Below are positions 19,833 to 29,425 of a stretch of 64,000 nucleotides of DNA, piece after piece. Position 1 is the first letter of the stretch. Each line of letters begins with the position of its first letter. The translations under genes were made by a program, and so were the position numbers. This DNA is from Pseudobdellovibrionaceae bacterium. GTDB lineage: Bacteria > Bdellovibrionota > Bdellovibrionia > Bdellovibrionales > Bdellovibrionaceae. Location of the stretch: positions 1 through 64,000 of the forward strand of contig JBDHWW010000010.1 of the NCBI GenBank assembly GCA_039810425.1. Direction: 5' to 3'. The notes beneath the pieces were generated by a model. The model was not told the origin of the DNA. It ran no database searches and saw nothing but the letters and a program-made list of their open reading frames with translations.

Positions 19833-20288
19833 TTACTTTCCTTTTGTAAACTCGAAGAACGGAATGACACCTTGAGCTTCCAAGTCTTCTTCTTTGGCAT
19901 CAGGCAAACGGAAGATTTCATACATTTGCAGGCGTAAAACATTGCCCGTGACATAAGCACGGACCTTTTCCTGACGAATGTCTTCACGGTCATTGTACTC
20001 GATATTCAATTTTAGATTTTGCTCATTACTACTTTGAACCGTGTAGCGGAAAGCCGACGAAACACTTTTATCCTTCTTCGTGCAACGAAGATCCTTGAAG
20101 GTATCGCACTGATAAGCACCCGTCCCTTTTTGGAAAGTATAGTTACAGATTTTTCCCGTATTTGAGGTCGCTTGTGGGGAACAGAAGCCAAGCCACTTGC
20201 CTTCGATGCCATCGGCAGATTTCGGACCGACCGCGTTGGCCTGCAAAGCAGAGACAAGAAGTGAAAATGCCAAAACGAAACCCTTCAT
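19833..20288 (-). CDS. Secreted hypothetical protein
   Basis: Signal peptide ending ANA; GKW motif and four Cys; AAGGA SD. Confidence 0.75.
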   Translation of the reverse strand: MKGFVLAFSLLVSALQANAVGPKSADGIEGKWLGFCSPQATSNTGKICNYTFQKGTGAYQCDTFKDLRCTKKDKSVSSAFRYTVQSSNEQNLKLNIEYNDREDIRQEKVRAYVTGNVLRLQMYEIFRLPDAKEEDLEAQGVIPFFEFTKGK

Positions 20289-20436
20289 ATCCAGTGTCCT
20301 TTCCCTAAACCCTTATGGATAAGGCTAACAAAGCTACTGAACTCACCAAAACAAATTATTCCAGACTGTTTTCCATCACAGGCAATCTAGACCTAATTAA
20401 GACCTGAGTTGAGAAATCGAACGCTGTTGAGACAAT

Positions 20437-20465
20437 AAAAAAGCCGCGGTATTTCTACCGCGGCT
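20437..20465 (-). terminator. Intrinsic terminator after recA
   Basis: AGCCGCGGTA-TTTC-TACCGCGGCT stem followed by T-tract on minus strand. Confidence 0.85.
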
Positions 20466-20490
20466 CCGGATTCACGATTCTATTCAGTGC

Positions 20491-21672
20491 CTAGTGCTTG
20501 GACTTTTTGTCAGCTTTTTCGTTCTTCTCAGCTTTGTCTGTTTTTTTTGCAGATTTCGCAGTAAGGGCTGCTTCTTCAGCGTGTGCTTCGGCTTCAGAGC
20601 CTTCCGCGCCCGCTTCGGGAGCCGCCATCAAAAGTTTGCCGATACCGTGTGAGGCCAAGATCTTCGTGCGAAGCTCTTTCATCAACTCCGGGTGATCTTT
20701 CAAGAATTGTTTTGCTTGATCGCGGCCTTGCCCCATGCGCTCACCGTTGTGTGAGTACCATGCGCCAGACTTCTCAATGAAGTTTGCGGTTGTTGCCAAA
20801 TCAAGCAAGTCGCCTGCCTCAGAGATCCCTTCACCGTACATCAAGTCGAATTCAACTTTTGTGAACGGAGGAGCCATTTTATTCTTCACAACTTTCACCG
20901 CAGTACGGTTTCCAGTGACGTCCTCACCGTTTTTGATCGCGCCCACACGGCGTACATCCAAACGAACAGAAGCGTAGAACTTCAATGCGTTACCACCCGT
21001 TGTGGTCTCTGGGTTACCGAACATCACACCGATTTTCATACGGATTTGGTTGATAAAGATAACCAATGTGTTTGAACGAGCGATCACACCCGTCAACTTA
21101 CGAAGAGCTTGCGACATCAAACGAGCTTGAAGACCCATGTGGCTGTCGCCCATTTCACCTTCGATCTCAGCCCGTGGAACCAAGGCGGCTACGGAGTCGA
21201 CAACGAGAACGTCGATCGCGCCGGAGCGAACCAAAGTTTCAGTGATCTCGAGCGCCTGCTCACCAGTGTCTGGTTGAGAGATCAAAAGATCTTCTGTGTT
21301 TACACCCAATTTACGAGCGTAGTTTACATCCAAAGCATGTTCCGCATCGACGAATGCTACAACTCCGCCCTTTTTCTGGGCTTGAGCGATTGTCGACAAT
21401 GCGATTGTGGTTTTACCAGAAGATTCTGGACCGTAAATTTCCACGATACGACCTTTTGGCAAACCGCCAATTCCCAAAGCGATATCCAAACTCAATGCAC
21501 CCGTGCTGATCGCTTCGACGTCCTTTACAAGACTGTCGTTTTCTCCAAGACGCATGATAGAACCTTTACCGAATTGCTTTTCAATCGTTGAAACCGCCAA
21601 TTCGAGGGCTTTCACTTTCTCGCCGTGAGCTTTTTGATCGCCAGATTCTTTTTCTTTTGTAGGGGCTGCCAT
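20491..21672 (-). CDS. recA: Recombinase RecA
   Basis: [35 protein letters not shown]. Confidence 0.99.
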   Translation of the reverse strand: MAAPTKEKESGDQKAHGEKVKALELAVSTIEKQFGKGSIMRLGENDSLVKDVEAISTGALSLDIALGIGGLPKGRIVEIYGPESSGKTTIALSTIAQAQKKGGVVAFVDAEHALDVNYARKLGVNTEDLLISQPDTGEQALEITETLVRSGAIDVLVVDSVAALVPRAEIEGEMGDSHMGLQARLMSQALRKLTGVIARSNTLVIFINQIRMKIGVMFGNPETTTGGNALKFYASVRLDVRRVGAIKNGEDVTGNRTAVKVVKNKMAPPFTKVEFDLMYGEGISEAGDLLDLATTANFIEKSGAWYSHNGERMGQGRDQAKQFLKDHPELMKELRTKILASHGIGKLLMAAPEAGAEGSEAEAHAEEAALTAKSAKKTDKAEKNEKADKKSKH

Positions 21673-21727
21673 GTTTTCCTTCTTTCTCACCCCCATCCCC
21701 GGGAGTGAACCGTTGTTAGAACTTTAG

Positions 21728-22234
21728 TTAGCTTTTCAAACTTGCAATCACAAATTCCAGCGCAAAGAGGACAGAAGATTGTTGAACTTCCTCGCGATCG
21801 CCGGAGAAGTGCTTACGCACTGAAACCTCATTGGTTTTTCCCTTAGCAACTCCAGGGCCACTGACCGCAAAGCATACAGTGCCCACTGGCTTGTCCGGGG
21901 TTCCACCCGCCGGACCGGCTATTCCGGTAATTGCAACCGCAACGTCTACTTTTAACTGCTTGCGCGCTCCTTGCGCCATTTGGCGAGCGATGGATTCGCT
22001 CACAGCACCTTCATCCTTTAAAGTGCTGGCTGAGACCTCCAACAAATCCATTTTGGCTTCGTAAGAGTAACTCACTATGGACCCCATAAAGACATCCGAA
22101 ACACCTGGCAAAGCCGTCAGAGTTGCGGAAAGAAGTCCACCGGTACAACTCTCAGCAAATCCGATTTTCAGAGTGCGTGAGCGAAGGACCCTCAGAAGTT
22201 CCTGCAGGAGAATGCCGGTTTGATAATCATTCAT
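21728..22234 (-). CDS. cinA: CinA C-terminal domain / NMN deamidase (PncC-like)
   Basis: AESCTGG, GAVSE, TGIAGP.GG..KPVGTV. Confidence 0.93.
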   Translation of the reverse strand: MNDYQTGILLQELLRVLRSRTLKIGFAESCTGGLLSATLTALPGVSDVFMGSIVSYSYEAKMDLLEVSASTLKDEGAVSESIARQMAQGARKQLKVDVAVAITGIAGPAGGTPDKPVGTVCFAVSGPGVAKGKTNEVSVRKHFSGDREEVQQSSVLFALEFVIASLKS

Positions 22235-22737
22235 GAAGTGAACACCATGACCTGAGCACCCAACCAATCGGTGTGCTGATAGAGATATTGCAAAATTATA
22301 CTCGCGATAATTCCCGCTGCGACATCATCAAGCACAACCCCGAGTCCCCCCGGAATTTTCTTATCTAAATATCCTATGGGAAAAGGTTTGAAGATGTCCA
22401 GCACTCGAAATAATAAAAAGCCCGCTAGCATTGCTTTCCATGTCATGGGAAGCCATGTCATCGCAATCATAAAGCCAAGCACTTCGTCGATCACGATTTC
22501 TTTGTGATCGTGACCGCCTTTATCGTCTTCGTAAACCTGAGCGGAAATGACTGCGAGCGGTAAAAGGATGATCACAAATGCCATGTAAACAAGCGGTCCT
22601 GCCCACGAAAGCAGCAAAATCAACGGAATGGTCGCCGCCGTTCCAGCCGTCCCCGGCCCCTTCGGGAAGAAGCCGACGCCGAAAAATGTCGCTAAGTTTT
22701 TGAGGAATTTTCTAAGCCCTTGAGAGTTTTCAAGCAT
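22231..22737 (-). CDS. pgpA: Phosphatidylglycerophosphatase A
   Basis: PGTAGT, IVIDEVLG, FRVLDIFKP, GGLGVVLDD; start uncertain. Confidence 0.94.
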   Translation of the reverse strand: MLENSQGLRKFLKNLATFFGVGFFPKGPGTAGTAATIPLILLLSWAGPLVYMAFVIILLPLAVISAQVYEDDKGGHDHKEIVIDEVLGFMIAMTWLPMTWKAMLAGFLLFRVLDIFKPFPIGYLDKKIPGGLGVVLDDVAAGIIASIILQYLYQHTDWLGAQVMVFTS

Positions 22738-22838
22738 TTTTATCTCGTTCAACAATCTACTTCCACAAATGGTGTCTTAAATTGAGATTCCCGAGGGGAA
22801 ACCTCTGAGCAAACAACCCCTTATGTTATACTTTGATC

Positions 22839-23444
22839 ATGAGACTCATACCACGAGTATTTATACTTGCTACAATCTTTATGCTGTTCATCAGCTACCA
22901 GAATTTCTCGAGCGTCAACTCAGGCGATTGGGACTCGGCGAGCTCTCTTAAAATCATCAATGAAATGAATGCCTTTCAAGCACAAGATAGAGTTCCGGAA
23001 ACTCTCGCCACGCCACAGGGTGGTAGCGATTTCGAGTCCGTCCGCAATGATTGGATGCAGCGCCAAGGTTCGATTTTATTGAATGGCTACGATAAAAAAC
23101 TAGAAAGAGCGATGAATGATAAACTGAACTCTTGGGTTCAGGAAATCACTCGTAAAGACGACCCCGCGAACGAAGTTCCGGCACCAGGGCAAAGCGCCGG
23201 TACCAACTCTTCTCAGCCGGCCCAAGCATCTTCGGACTCCTACAAAACCAGACAGAATCTCCGCTTCATGCGAGTCAATTCTTTGAAATACGAAATCGGC
23301 GAGAACACCTGCATGAATTTTACCGCCGATCCAGGCAACACCCGCGTCGACCTTTCACAAACCCTCAGCCATAACACCAAACTCGGTGTCGAACACCGCA
23401 CCGCCGACAACAAAACGCAAATGTTCCTAAAATACGAATGGTAG
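22839..23444 (+). CDS. Exported hypothetical protein, possibly with C-terminal beta-strands
   Basis: N-terminal hydrophobic segment ending YQNFS; terminal FLKYEW resembles an OMP beta-signal. Confidence 0.7.
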   Translation: MRLIPRVFILATIFMLFISYQNFSSVNSGDWDSASSLKIINEMNAFQAQDRVPETLATPQGGSDFESVRNDWMQRQGSILLNGYDKKLERAMNDKLNSWVQEITRKDDPANEVPAPGQSAGTNSSQPAQASSDSYKTRQNLRFMRVNSLKYEIGENTCMNFTADPGNTRVDLSQTLSHNTKLGVEHRTADNKTQMFLKYEW

Positions 23445-23446
23445 AA

Positions 23447-23472
23447 GGTACGCCGTACCTTTTTCGGATGCG
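23447..23472 (+). repeat. Solo REP-like element
   Basis: GGTACGCCGTACCTTTTTCGGATGCG, identical to the first 26 nt of the repeats flanking the transposase at 38.6-39.3 kb. Confidence 0.85.
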
Positions 23473-23527
23473 GCGCATTCGGAAGTCGCCCCTATCTCCA
23501 CTCTCGAAAAAGTGCTAGAACCTTGGG

Positions 23528-24079
23528 ATGTCGCAATCGGCGTCGTCAACCCCTTACAGTCATAAGAGCTATGCTAAACGCAAGGTCATGGACCTCGTAG
23601 CGACGCGTGACCATTCCGAACTGGAATTGCGTAAGAAGCTCAAAGAGTCCTTCCGCCGCAACCTCATGTACCGTCAGCGTGTAGCCCAAAAAGACGGTCG
23701 CGAATTTACTGAAGACACGGAGGAAAATCGCCAAGCGATCGCGGAGGCGATCGAGAATGCGATTCAGTTTGCCCGAGACAACAAGTGGCTCGGTAACGAA
23801 GAGGTCCTTGCCGGTAAAATGGCAGGCATTCTTCACCGTAAAAACAAAGGCATTGCCTACATCAATAACAAACTCAAAGAAAAGGGCCTTCCCTCAGTCA
23901 CGACAGATCGTGATTTGGAACTTGAAAAGGCCCTCACTCTTGTGAAGAATAAATTTTCCGGCTTTGAAGCTTTATCTTACGCAGATAAGCGTAAAGAACA
24001 GGGCCGGGTCGCCCGCTTTTTAGCGGCACGGGGATTTGATCCAGATACTGTACGAAAGGTGATTTATGAAGAGCTCTGA
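23528..24079 (+). CDS. recX: Regulatory protein RecX
   Basis: RDHSELELRKKL, KG...I...LKEKG, RFLAARGF. Confidence 0.88.
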   Translation: MSQSASSTPYSHKSYAKRKVMDLVATRDHSELELRKKLKESFRRNLMYRQRVAQKDGREFTEDTEENRQAIAEAIENAIQFARDNKWLGNEEVLAGKMAGILHRKNKGIAYINNKLKEKGLPSVTTDRDLELEKALTLVKNKFSGFEALSYADKRKEQGRVARFLAARGFDPDTVRKVIYEEL

Positions 24080-26783
24080 AATCAGAAGTGCGTTTATTAA
24101 CTACTTCAAAAAGAACGGCCACGCTGCGGTTCCCTCTTCTTCGTTAGTCCCTGAAAACGACCCGACTCTGCTTTTCGCCAATGCCGGTATGAACCAGTTC
24201 AAGAACACCTTCTTGGGGCTGGAAAAACGCGATTACACTCGCGCCGTCACCGCTCAAAAATGCGTGCGTGCCGGAGGTAAACACAATGACTTGGAAAACG
24301 TCGGTTTCACGGCCCGCCATCATACTTTCTTTGAAATGATGGGGAACTTCTCTTTCGGCGATTACTTCAAAAAAGATGCAATTCACTTTGCTTGGGAATT
24401 CCTGACTAAAGAGCTTAGAATTCCAAAAGAAAAACTCTACGTGACTGTTCACTTGTCTGACGATGAAGCGGCCGATATCTGGCATAACCAAGAAGGCGTT
24501 TCCCGTGATCGCATCTTCCGCTTTGACAAGGATAACTTCTGGAAAATGGGCGACACCGGCCCCTGCGGCCCTTGCACCGAAATTTTCTATGATCACGGCC
24601 CGAAAGCCGGCAAAGAATCAGATCCATATAAAGGCATCGCTGCAGGCGAGGATCGCTTCGTTGAAATCTGGAACTTGGTTTTCATGCAATACTTCGAAAA
24701 CCCTCCAGGCACGATGACTCCACTCCCGAAGCCGTCAGTGGATACGGGCGGAGGTCTTGAGCGCATGACGGCGGCGATGCAAGGTAAGTTCAATAACTAC
24801 GACACGGACCTTTTCGCCCCGATGATTGAGCGTGCCTGTAAGATCGGAGGCTTGGAATACATCACTGATGTGGACATGCTTGCAAAAAACCCTGAAATTC
24901 GCGAGCGCACGTCTGCGATCCGCGTTTTGGCGGATCACTGCCGCTCAACCGGTTTTTTGATTGCAGACGGCGCGTTGCCTTCGAATGAAGGACGTGGCTA
25001 CGTTCTTCGCCGTATCATGAGGCGTGCAATTCGCTACGGTCACAAACTCAACGACAAGCACTCGTTCTTGCCGGCGATGGTTGAGTCCTTGATTGACCAT
25101 ATGGGCGATGTGTATCCAGAGCTTAAAAACCGCAAGCAGGTTATTTTTACGACCGTAAAGGACGAAGAAACTCGTTTCATGGCGACCTTAGACCAAGGTT
25201 CGCATATTTTGAACGATGAAATCGCGAAGGTTCTGGCTAAAGGCCAAAAGTCCCTTTCCGGCGACATCATTTTCAAACTCTATGATACCTATGGCTTCCC
25301 CGCTGATTTGACAGCGTTGATCGCCGTGGAAAAAGGCGTGACAGCTGACGAAATGGCTTTCGAGAAAGAAATGGAGACCGCTCGGACAAAAGCTCGTGCT
25401 TCATGGAAGGGCAAGAGCATGCAGGCTGACGAAGCCCATATGATCAAGTTTGCCCAAGATGCTGCGACTAAGAGCGGCCCTACTCAATTCACTGGCTATG
25501 AGTCTATGGCGGGCCAATGCAATATCGTGGCTCTTTCTGACGGTACAAAAACCGTCACGAGCTTGAATGCCGGCCAATCTGGCTTGCTCGTCCTGAACAA
25601 AACCCCGTTCTACGCCGAAGGCGGCGGCCAAGTTGGCGATCAGGGCACAATGAAAAACAGTTCCGCTACGGTTGATGTTCACAACACGACGAAGTCTGCG
25701 GATATTCATATTCACCACGTCGAAATAGCTTCGGGTGAAATCAAGGTTGGCGATACGATGCTCGTCCAAGTGGCTGAAAGTGTTCGTCGCAATACGATGT
25801 CGAATCACTCTGCGACTCACTTGATGCATGCAGCCCTCCGCAAGGTTTTGGGCCCTCATGTGACTCAAGCAGGGTCTTTGGTCGATCCGACTCGCACACG
25901 TTTCGACTTTACTCACAACAAAGCCCTCACTACGGATGAAATTACGCAAATCGAAGGCCTCGTGAATGATGAGATCGGCAAATCTATCGACGTTCAGGTG
26001 GATAACATGAGCCACAAAGCGGCGATCGCTAAAGGCGCAATGGCTTTGTTCGGTGAAAAGTACGGTGAAAACGTCCGCGTTCTTACTGTGGGGGATTTCT
26101 CATGCGAGCTTTGCGGTGGTACCCACGTAAAAAACACGTCTCAGATCCGCCTGTTCAAAGTGATTTCTGAGGGCGGAGTCAGTGCAGGTGTCCGCCGTAT
26201 CGAAGCCATCACTGGTGATCTTGCGCTCCAATACGCTCTGTACGGAATCCAGCAGAATCAACAGGCGCGTGTTGCTGCCGGCCTGGAATCCGCATGGTCG
26301 CACTTTTCGGCAAACGCAAATGTCGATACATCGATAGCTCCTTGGATTGAAAACAAGAAGTCCGAAATCAAGAACCTCGAAAGAGGAATCAAGAAGCTCC
26401 AAGGTGGCCAAATCAACGTGGACGACCTGGCAAGTAAGGCTCAGAACTTCACGACGAAAACGGGTGCTGCGAAGCTCGTTCTTGCTGATGTTGCGTTGGA
26501 TGACCGTCAGGTTTTGGCCGAAGTGACGGACCATTTGAAGAACAAGATCCAAAAGGGGATCGTGGTTGTGGTTGGCCAAGGCGAAGGCTCACATCCAGTG
26601 ATAGTTTCTGTTAGCAAGGACATCTCGACAGAATACTCCGCGGGAAACTTGTTGAAAGAGGTTGCTGCTGTGATGGGTGGTAAGGGCGGAGGCCGTCCAG
26701 ACTTCGCCCAAGGCGCGGCTCCGGATCGCACGAAGATCGCTGATGCTTTCAAAAAAGTTCAGCAAATGGTTGGCTTGCACTAA
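24066..26783 (+). CDS. alaS: Alanine--tRNA ligase
   Basis: LFANAGMNQFK, HHTFFEM, NHSATHL, ELCGGTH, GGKGGG. Confidence 0.99.
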   Translation: MKSSEIRSAFINYFKKNGHAAVPSSSLVPENDPTLLFANAGMNQFKNTFLGLEKRDYTRAVTAQKCVRAGGKHNDLENVGFTARHHTFFEMMGNFSFGDYFKKDAIHFAWEFLTKELRIPKEKLYVTVHLSDDEAADIWHNQEGVSRDRIFRFDKDNFWKMGDTGPCGPCTEIFYDHGPKAGKESDPYKGIAAGEDRFVEIWNLVFMQYFENPPGTMTPLPKPSVDTGGGLERMTAAMQGKFNNYDTDLFAPMIERACKIGGLEYITDVDMLAKNPEIRERTSAIRVLADHCRSTGFLIADGALPSNEGRGYVLRRIMRRAIRYGHKLNDKHSFLPAMVESLIDHMGDVYPELKNRKQVIFTTVKDEETRFMATLDQGSHILNDEIAKVLAKGQKSLSGDIIFKLYDTYGFPADLTALIAVEKGVTADEMAFEKEMETARTKARASWKGKSMQADEAHMIKFAQDAATKSGPTQFTGYESMAGQCNIVALSDGTKTVTSLNAGQSGLLVLNKTPFYAEGGGQVGDQGTMKNSSATVDVHNTTKSADIHIHHVEIASGEIKVGDTMLVQVAESVRRNTMSNHSATHLMHAALRKVLGPHVTQAGSLVDPTRTRFDFTHNKALTTDEITQIEGLVNDEIGKSIDVQVDNMSHKAAIAKGAMALFGEKYGENVRVLTVGDFSCELCGGTHVKNTSQIRLFKVISEGGVSAGVRRIEAITGDLALQYALYGIQQNQQARVAAGLESAWSHFSANANVDTSIAPWIENKKSEIKNLERGIKKLQGGQINVDDLASKAQNFTTKTGAAKLVLADVALDDRQVLAEVTDHLKNKIQKGIVVVVGQGEGSHPVIVSVSKDISTEYSAGNLLKEVAAVMGGKGGGRPDFAQGAAPDRTKIADAFKKVQQMVGLH

Positions 26784-26803
26784 ATTATTAAATGATCACG
26801 TTT

Positions 26804-26830
26804 AAAAAAAGCCCTTAAGAGGGCTTTTTT
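26804..26830. terminator. Bidirectional intrinsic terminator
   Basis: AAAAAAAGCCCT-TAAG-AGGGCTTTTTT between convergent genes. Confidence 0.88.
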
Positions 26831-26873
26831 CGAGATGGCCAAACATCACTAGCCGGCACAATCTCGTTAGGAA

Positions 26874-27488
26874 TTACTTAGAAACAACCTGGAATTGGCA
26901 TTTCTTCCCAGCCAAATTATTTTGAATATGGGCCAAGAACCCTTGAAGCATATCTTTTGATTCACCACAGAGATCCGGGCCCTTGTGGCAACCGCTCATA
27001 GCCTCGCCCAACGCGAGTTCTGAATCAGCAAAGTGAAGTTTTGCGTAAGGGAATTTATAAGAGGCAGTACAGTTGAGGTTTTCATCAACCACAGCCTTGT
27101 CTTCACATACTTTAGACGAAGCGAGAATACTGCGTATTTCGCTCATGTCTGAAGAGGACAGGCAGTATTGAACGCCCACAACAACTTCGTTGTTTTGATC
27201 CACAACGTGCACCACGCCGGTTTTAATATCAATCTCAAGATGATGGCTGGCGAATATCGAGGTCGGTTTGGCCTGAGTGATATCAGCCTGAAGCTGGGCT
27301 TCAAGATAAGCACTCTCAGGAATTTCGAGCGCCCTAGTTTGAGACACATCAACCTTCTCCGCTGGAGTTACTTCCGCTGGGTTATTTAAAGCATCGTTAT
27401 TTACATTATCAGAGAGCTGATTGCGGCTGCAGTTTTGAAAGCCTACGACGAGGCAAAATGCTAAACCTGCAAATACGTACCTTTTCAT
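26874..27488 (-). CDS. Lipoprotein (FQNC-type lipobox), Cys-rich
   Basis: MKRYVFAGLAFCLVVGFQNCS. Confidence 0.82.
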   Translation of the reverse strand: MKRYVFAGLAFCLVVGFQNCSRNQLSDNVNNDALNNPAEVTPAEKVDVSQTRALEIPESAYLEAQLQADITQAKPTSIFASHHLEIDIKTGVVHVVDQNNEVVVGVQYCLSSSDMSEIRSILASSKVCEDKAVVDENLNCTASYKFPYAKLHFADSELALGEAMSGCHKGPDLCGESKDMLQGFLAHIQNNLAGKKCQFQVVSK

Positions 27489-27558
27489 GAATCCCCCGAC
27501 AAAATTGCTTCTTTCCGTGCTTTAGAATGCAATCCCGATACCGACTCCCGTCTTAATA

Positions 27559-27586
27559 TATTCGGCTAGAGCGCTTAGAAACTTGA
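27559..27586 (-). promoter_or_regulatory. Sigma28-like promoter
   Basis: Minus strand TCAAG-N15-GCCGAATA. Confidence 0.55.
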
Positions 27587-27748
27587 CGCTGTCCAAAGGT
27601 CTTATTAGCAATTCTCAATCTGAAACACCGAAAAATTCCGTGACCGAGCCGTAACCAGAAATTCAAGGTTTCTCCATTGCTGGGTTATGTGAAGTGAAAT
27701 AGCGTGAGCACCACAAGAACAACTGACAACCACTTAAGGGGTCTCAAA

Positions 27749-28141
27749 ATGAAAAAGGCTATTTTTGGTCTCGTATTGCTTGCGGGTTTCTCTGCTCACG
27801 CAGGACAAGTTCCTGCTTTCAAATGCACTGTTCCTGCAAATACTCCGGCTGTCACAGTAGACATTGCTGTCTCAGACAATGAGACCGTTGATTTCGTGAC
27901 AGTCGACGTGAACGATAAATCGGTTTCAAACTTATTCATGCAGATGGAAAAAGGCAGCTTCCAGAAGCAGGTAGATGCCGGCCAAGTAACAACGTTGGTA
28001 TTGGGTGACCAATTCCAGCAAGGCGATGACGGTGTGATCCGCGATGCAGGTGTCTTGGCATTAGGTCTCGACAACGGCAAATGGTCAGGCTTGCTTTCAG
28101 CCAGGGGCAACGTCTACCCGCTGGAGTGCGCGAAATTATAG
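27749..28141 (+). CDS. Small secreted hypothetical protein
   Basis: Signal peptide MKKAIFGLVLLAGFSAHA; Cys near both ends of the mature chain. Confidence 0.8.
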   Translation: MKKAIFGLVLLAGFSAHAGQVPAFKCTVPANTPAVTVDIAVSDNETVDFVTVDVNDKSVSNLFMQMEKGSFQKQVDAGQVTTLVLGDQFQQGDDGVIRDAGVLALGLDNGKWSGLLSARGNVYPLECAKL

Positions 28142-28164
28142 TTCGCACTTAAATATCGAAACCG

Positions 28165-28201
28165 AAAAACCCGCAGGAGGTCTCCTTCTGCGGGTTTTTT
28201 T
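28165..28201. terminator. Bidirectional intrinsic terminator
   Basis: AAAAACCCGCAGGAGG-TCTC-CTTCTGCGGGTTTTTTT. Confidence 0.85.
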
Positions 28202-28410
28202 GTGCGTTTTTCTGAAGTGTGTGGCGTGCAAACACTCGCGTCTTTGTTTTGTTCCTAAGTTACGTTGAACGGTCGGCCGCGAGGGCTGAGCTTTACAGAG
28301 TTCGGGCAGTCGCTCCGATTGCAGGATGCGGACAGAAGTGCAAAGTACCACCAAATTTCAAACGTCAATTCCGAAAAGCGACCTGGTACCTTTTCGTTTT
28401 CGGTCCGGGC

Positions 28411-28443
28411 AAAAAAAGAGGATCTGTTTCCAGATCCTCTTTT
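28411..28443 (-). terminator. Intrinsic terminator after rplM-rpsI
   Basis: AAAAAAAGAGGATCTG-TTTC-CAGATCCTCTTTT. Confidence 0.88.
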
Positions 28444-28468
28444 GAGTTTATATATATAAATAAAACGA

Positions 28469-28867
28469 TTAGCGTTTTGAGTATTGATAACGACGACGAG
28501 CGCCCGCTTTACCGTACTTCTTACGCTCAACCATGCGAGGGTCGCGAGTAACAAAGCCCGCTTTTTTCAACACGGTTTTGAACTCTGGGTTGAAAGCAAC
28601 AAGCGCGCGAGTGATGCCGTGACGAACAGCACCCGCTTGACCGTTTTCACCGCCGCCAGCAACTGTTACACGAACATCGAACTTATCAGTTTGTCCAACA
28701 GCATCGATCGGTTGCAAGATAACCATACGAGATTGCATTCTCTTAAGGTAGTCGTTTGCCTTCTTACCGTTGATTGTGATGGTGCCTTTACCAGGCTTCA
28801 AGAAAACACGTGCTGAGCTCGTTTTTCTTCTTCCAGTAGCGTAGTAGAATTTTTCTGCTGCTGCCAT
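28469..28867 (-). CDS. rpsI: 30S ribosomal protein S9
   Basis: ATGRRK...[12 protein letters not shown]...QYSKR. Confidence 0.99.
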   Translation of the reverse strand: MAAAEKFYYATGRRKTSSARVFLKPGKGTITINGKKANDYLKRMQSRMVILQPIDAVGQTDKFDVRVTVAGGGENGQAGAVRHGITRALVAFNPEFKTVLKKAGFVTRDPRMVERKKYGKAGARRRYQYSKR

Positions 28868-28881
28868 TGACTATACCCTTC

Positions 28882-29325
28882 TTAGTTCTTGCCTGTTGGA
28901 ACAGTGTATACTGCCGGTTTTTGAGCAGCATGTGGATGCTCACCGCCAGTGTAGAGTTTCAATTTACCGATCACACCGCGAGAAAGCTTGTTTGTAGGAA
29001 GCATGCCGCGAACCGCTTCGTGGATGATGAAAGTAGAATCTTCAGCTTGCATTTGAGCAGCTGTCTTCTCTTTTAAAGAACCAAAGAAACGAGAGTGTCT
29101 GAAATATTTTTTTGCTATCGCCTTGTTACCAGTGAGTTCAGCTTTATCCGTGTTGATAACAACAACGAAATCACCTGTGTCTACGTTAGGAGTGAAGATT
29201 GGCTTGTTTTTTCCACGAAGGAGAGTTGCTACATGAGTAGCCAAACGACCCACTTTCAAACCAGTAGCATCGATAACATGCCATTTTCTTTCAACTTCAT
29301 CGGCTTTTGCATTCCAAGTCTTCAT
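28882..29325 (-). CDS. rplM: 50S ribosomal protein L13
   Basis: WHVIDA...GRLAT...LRGKNKP...VRGMLP. Confidence 0.99.
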   Translation of the reverse strand: MKTWNAKADEVERKWHVIDATGLKVGRLATHVATLLRGKNKPIFTPNVDTGDFVVVINTDKAELTGNKAIAKKYFRHSRFFGSLKEKTAAQMQAEDSTFIIHEAVRGMLPTNKLSRGVIGKLKLYTGGEHPHAAQKPAVYTVPTGKN

Positions 29326-29425
29326 GATGACTCCAAAAATAACTATATCTTCTTAATAACTAAGCAAAACGTTTGCGAGGCACAGTAGATACATTCTTTG
29401 CCCCAAAACTGCAAGAAGGGATGTT

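Noticed and set aside
28202..28410. CsrB-like sponge RNA or protein-coding ORFs in this gap
   Set aside because: Only about three GGA motifs; the overlapping ORFs cross terminators or rpsI and lack SD or motifs
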